DNA of 64,000 nt from Octopus sinensis. Lineage: Eukaryota. The stretch covers positions 310,001 to 374,000 of the forward strand of contig NW_021835992.1 of assembly GCF_006345805.1 (NCBI RefSeq), given 5' to 3'. Positions 63,707-64,000 of this stretch are shown here, piece after piece. Numbering within the stretch: position 1 is the first letter of the stretch; each line of letters opens with the position of its first letter. The notes beneath the pieces were generated by a model that saw nothing but the letters and a program-made list of their open reading frames with translations, did not search any database and was not told the DNA's origin. The position numbers and the translations under genes were made by a program.

Positions 63707-64000
63707 GTTGGGACCATTAAATTTGTCTTGGAATGTTCTGGATTACATTTATCTATCACTTTAACTGGCATTTCAATAGATCAACCCAACAATAATTTAT
63801 ATATTTTACATTCAGACCGATATATATTAATTATTGTCGTATGTCATAGTGTCCGGGCTGATAAGATCGACTGATCACTTGAAAACATTAACCAACTAAA
63901 TTTTCGACTTATTTTTTCAATTTAGTCAAAAGTGCTACTGAACAGTATCAACGACCCGGGTTCTTATGACATACGACAATTATTAACATCGGGAAGGCCT
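63707..64000 (-). repeat. Right arm of the inverted duplication, starting exactly at the hAT TIR
   Basis: Reverse complement of 54901-55196. Confidence 0.95.

Overview
AT-rich eukaryotic nuclear DNA from a compact metazoan genome with tiny spliceosomal introns (mostly 22-31 nt, GT-AG). This fits a reduced parasitic animal such as a dicyemid (inference). Intact genes recovered by hand-splicing are PPIH, MRPL24, tRNA-Arg(CCT), CCDC51, PUM3, MZT1, ACBP, GTSF1 and a DCAF4-like gene. Four lineage-specific secreted or surface-protein genes are also present (GPI-type orphan, LRR, EF-hand, single-exon orphan), several of them missed or only partly covered by the ORF track. These sit among many decayed transposons: about 14 pieces of CRE-clade RLE retrotransposons, a microsporidia-like RLE retrotransposon, LINE/RTE relics, hAT, Tigger, Tc1, MULE, Helitron and Ginger-type integrases. 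The most notable structures are: (i) several distinct TGTC...GACA elements, each with a 5-bp target-site duplication (Ginger2/TDD-like), one carrying a TTAGGG-rich 57/63-bp minisatellite; (ii) an 8.3-kb nested hAT>Tigger>Helitron and hAT>Ginger stack whose right TIR abuts an inverted duplication of its left flank, which suggests alternative transposition; (iii) a pseudogenised, Tc1-interrupted meiotic helicase HFM1/MER3. No database searches were run. Family assignments come from motif recognition, and relic boundaries are approximate.
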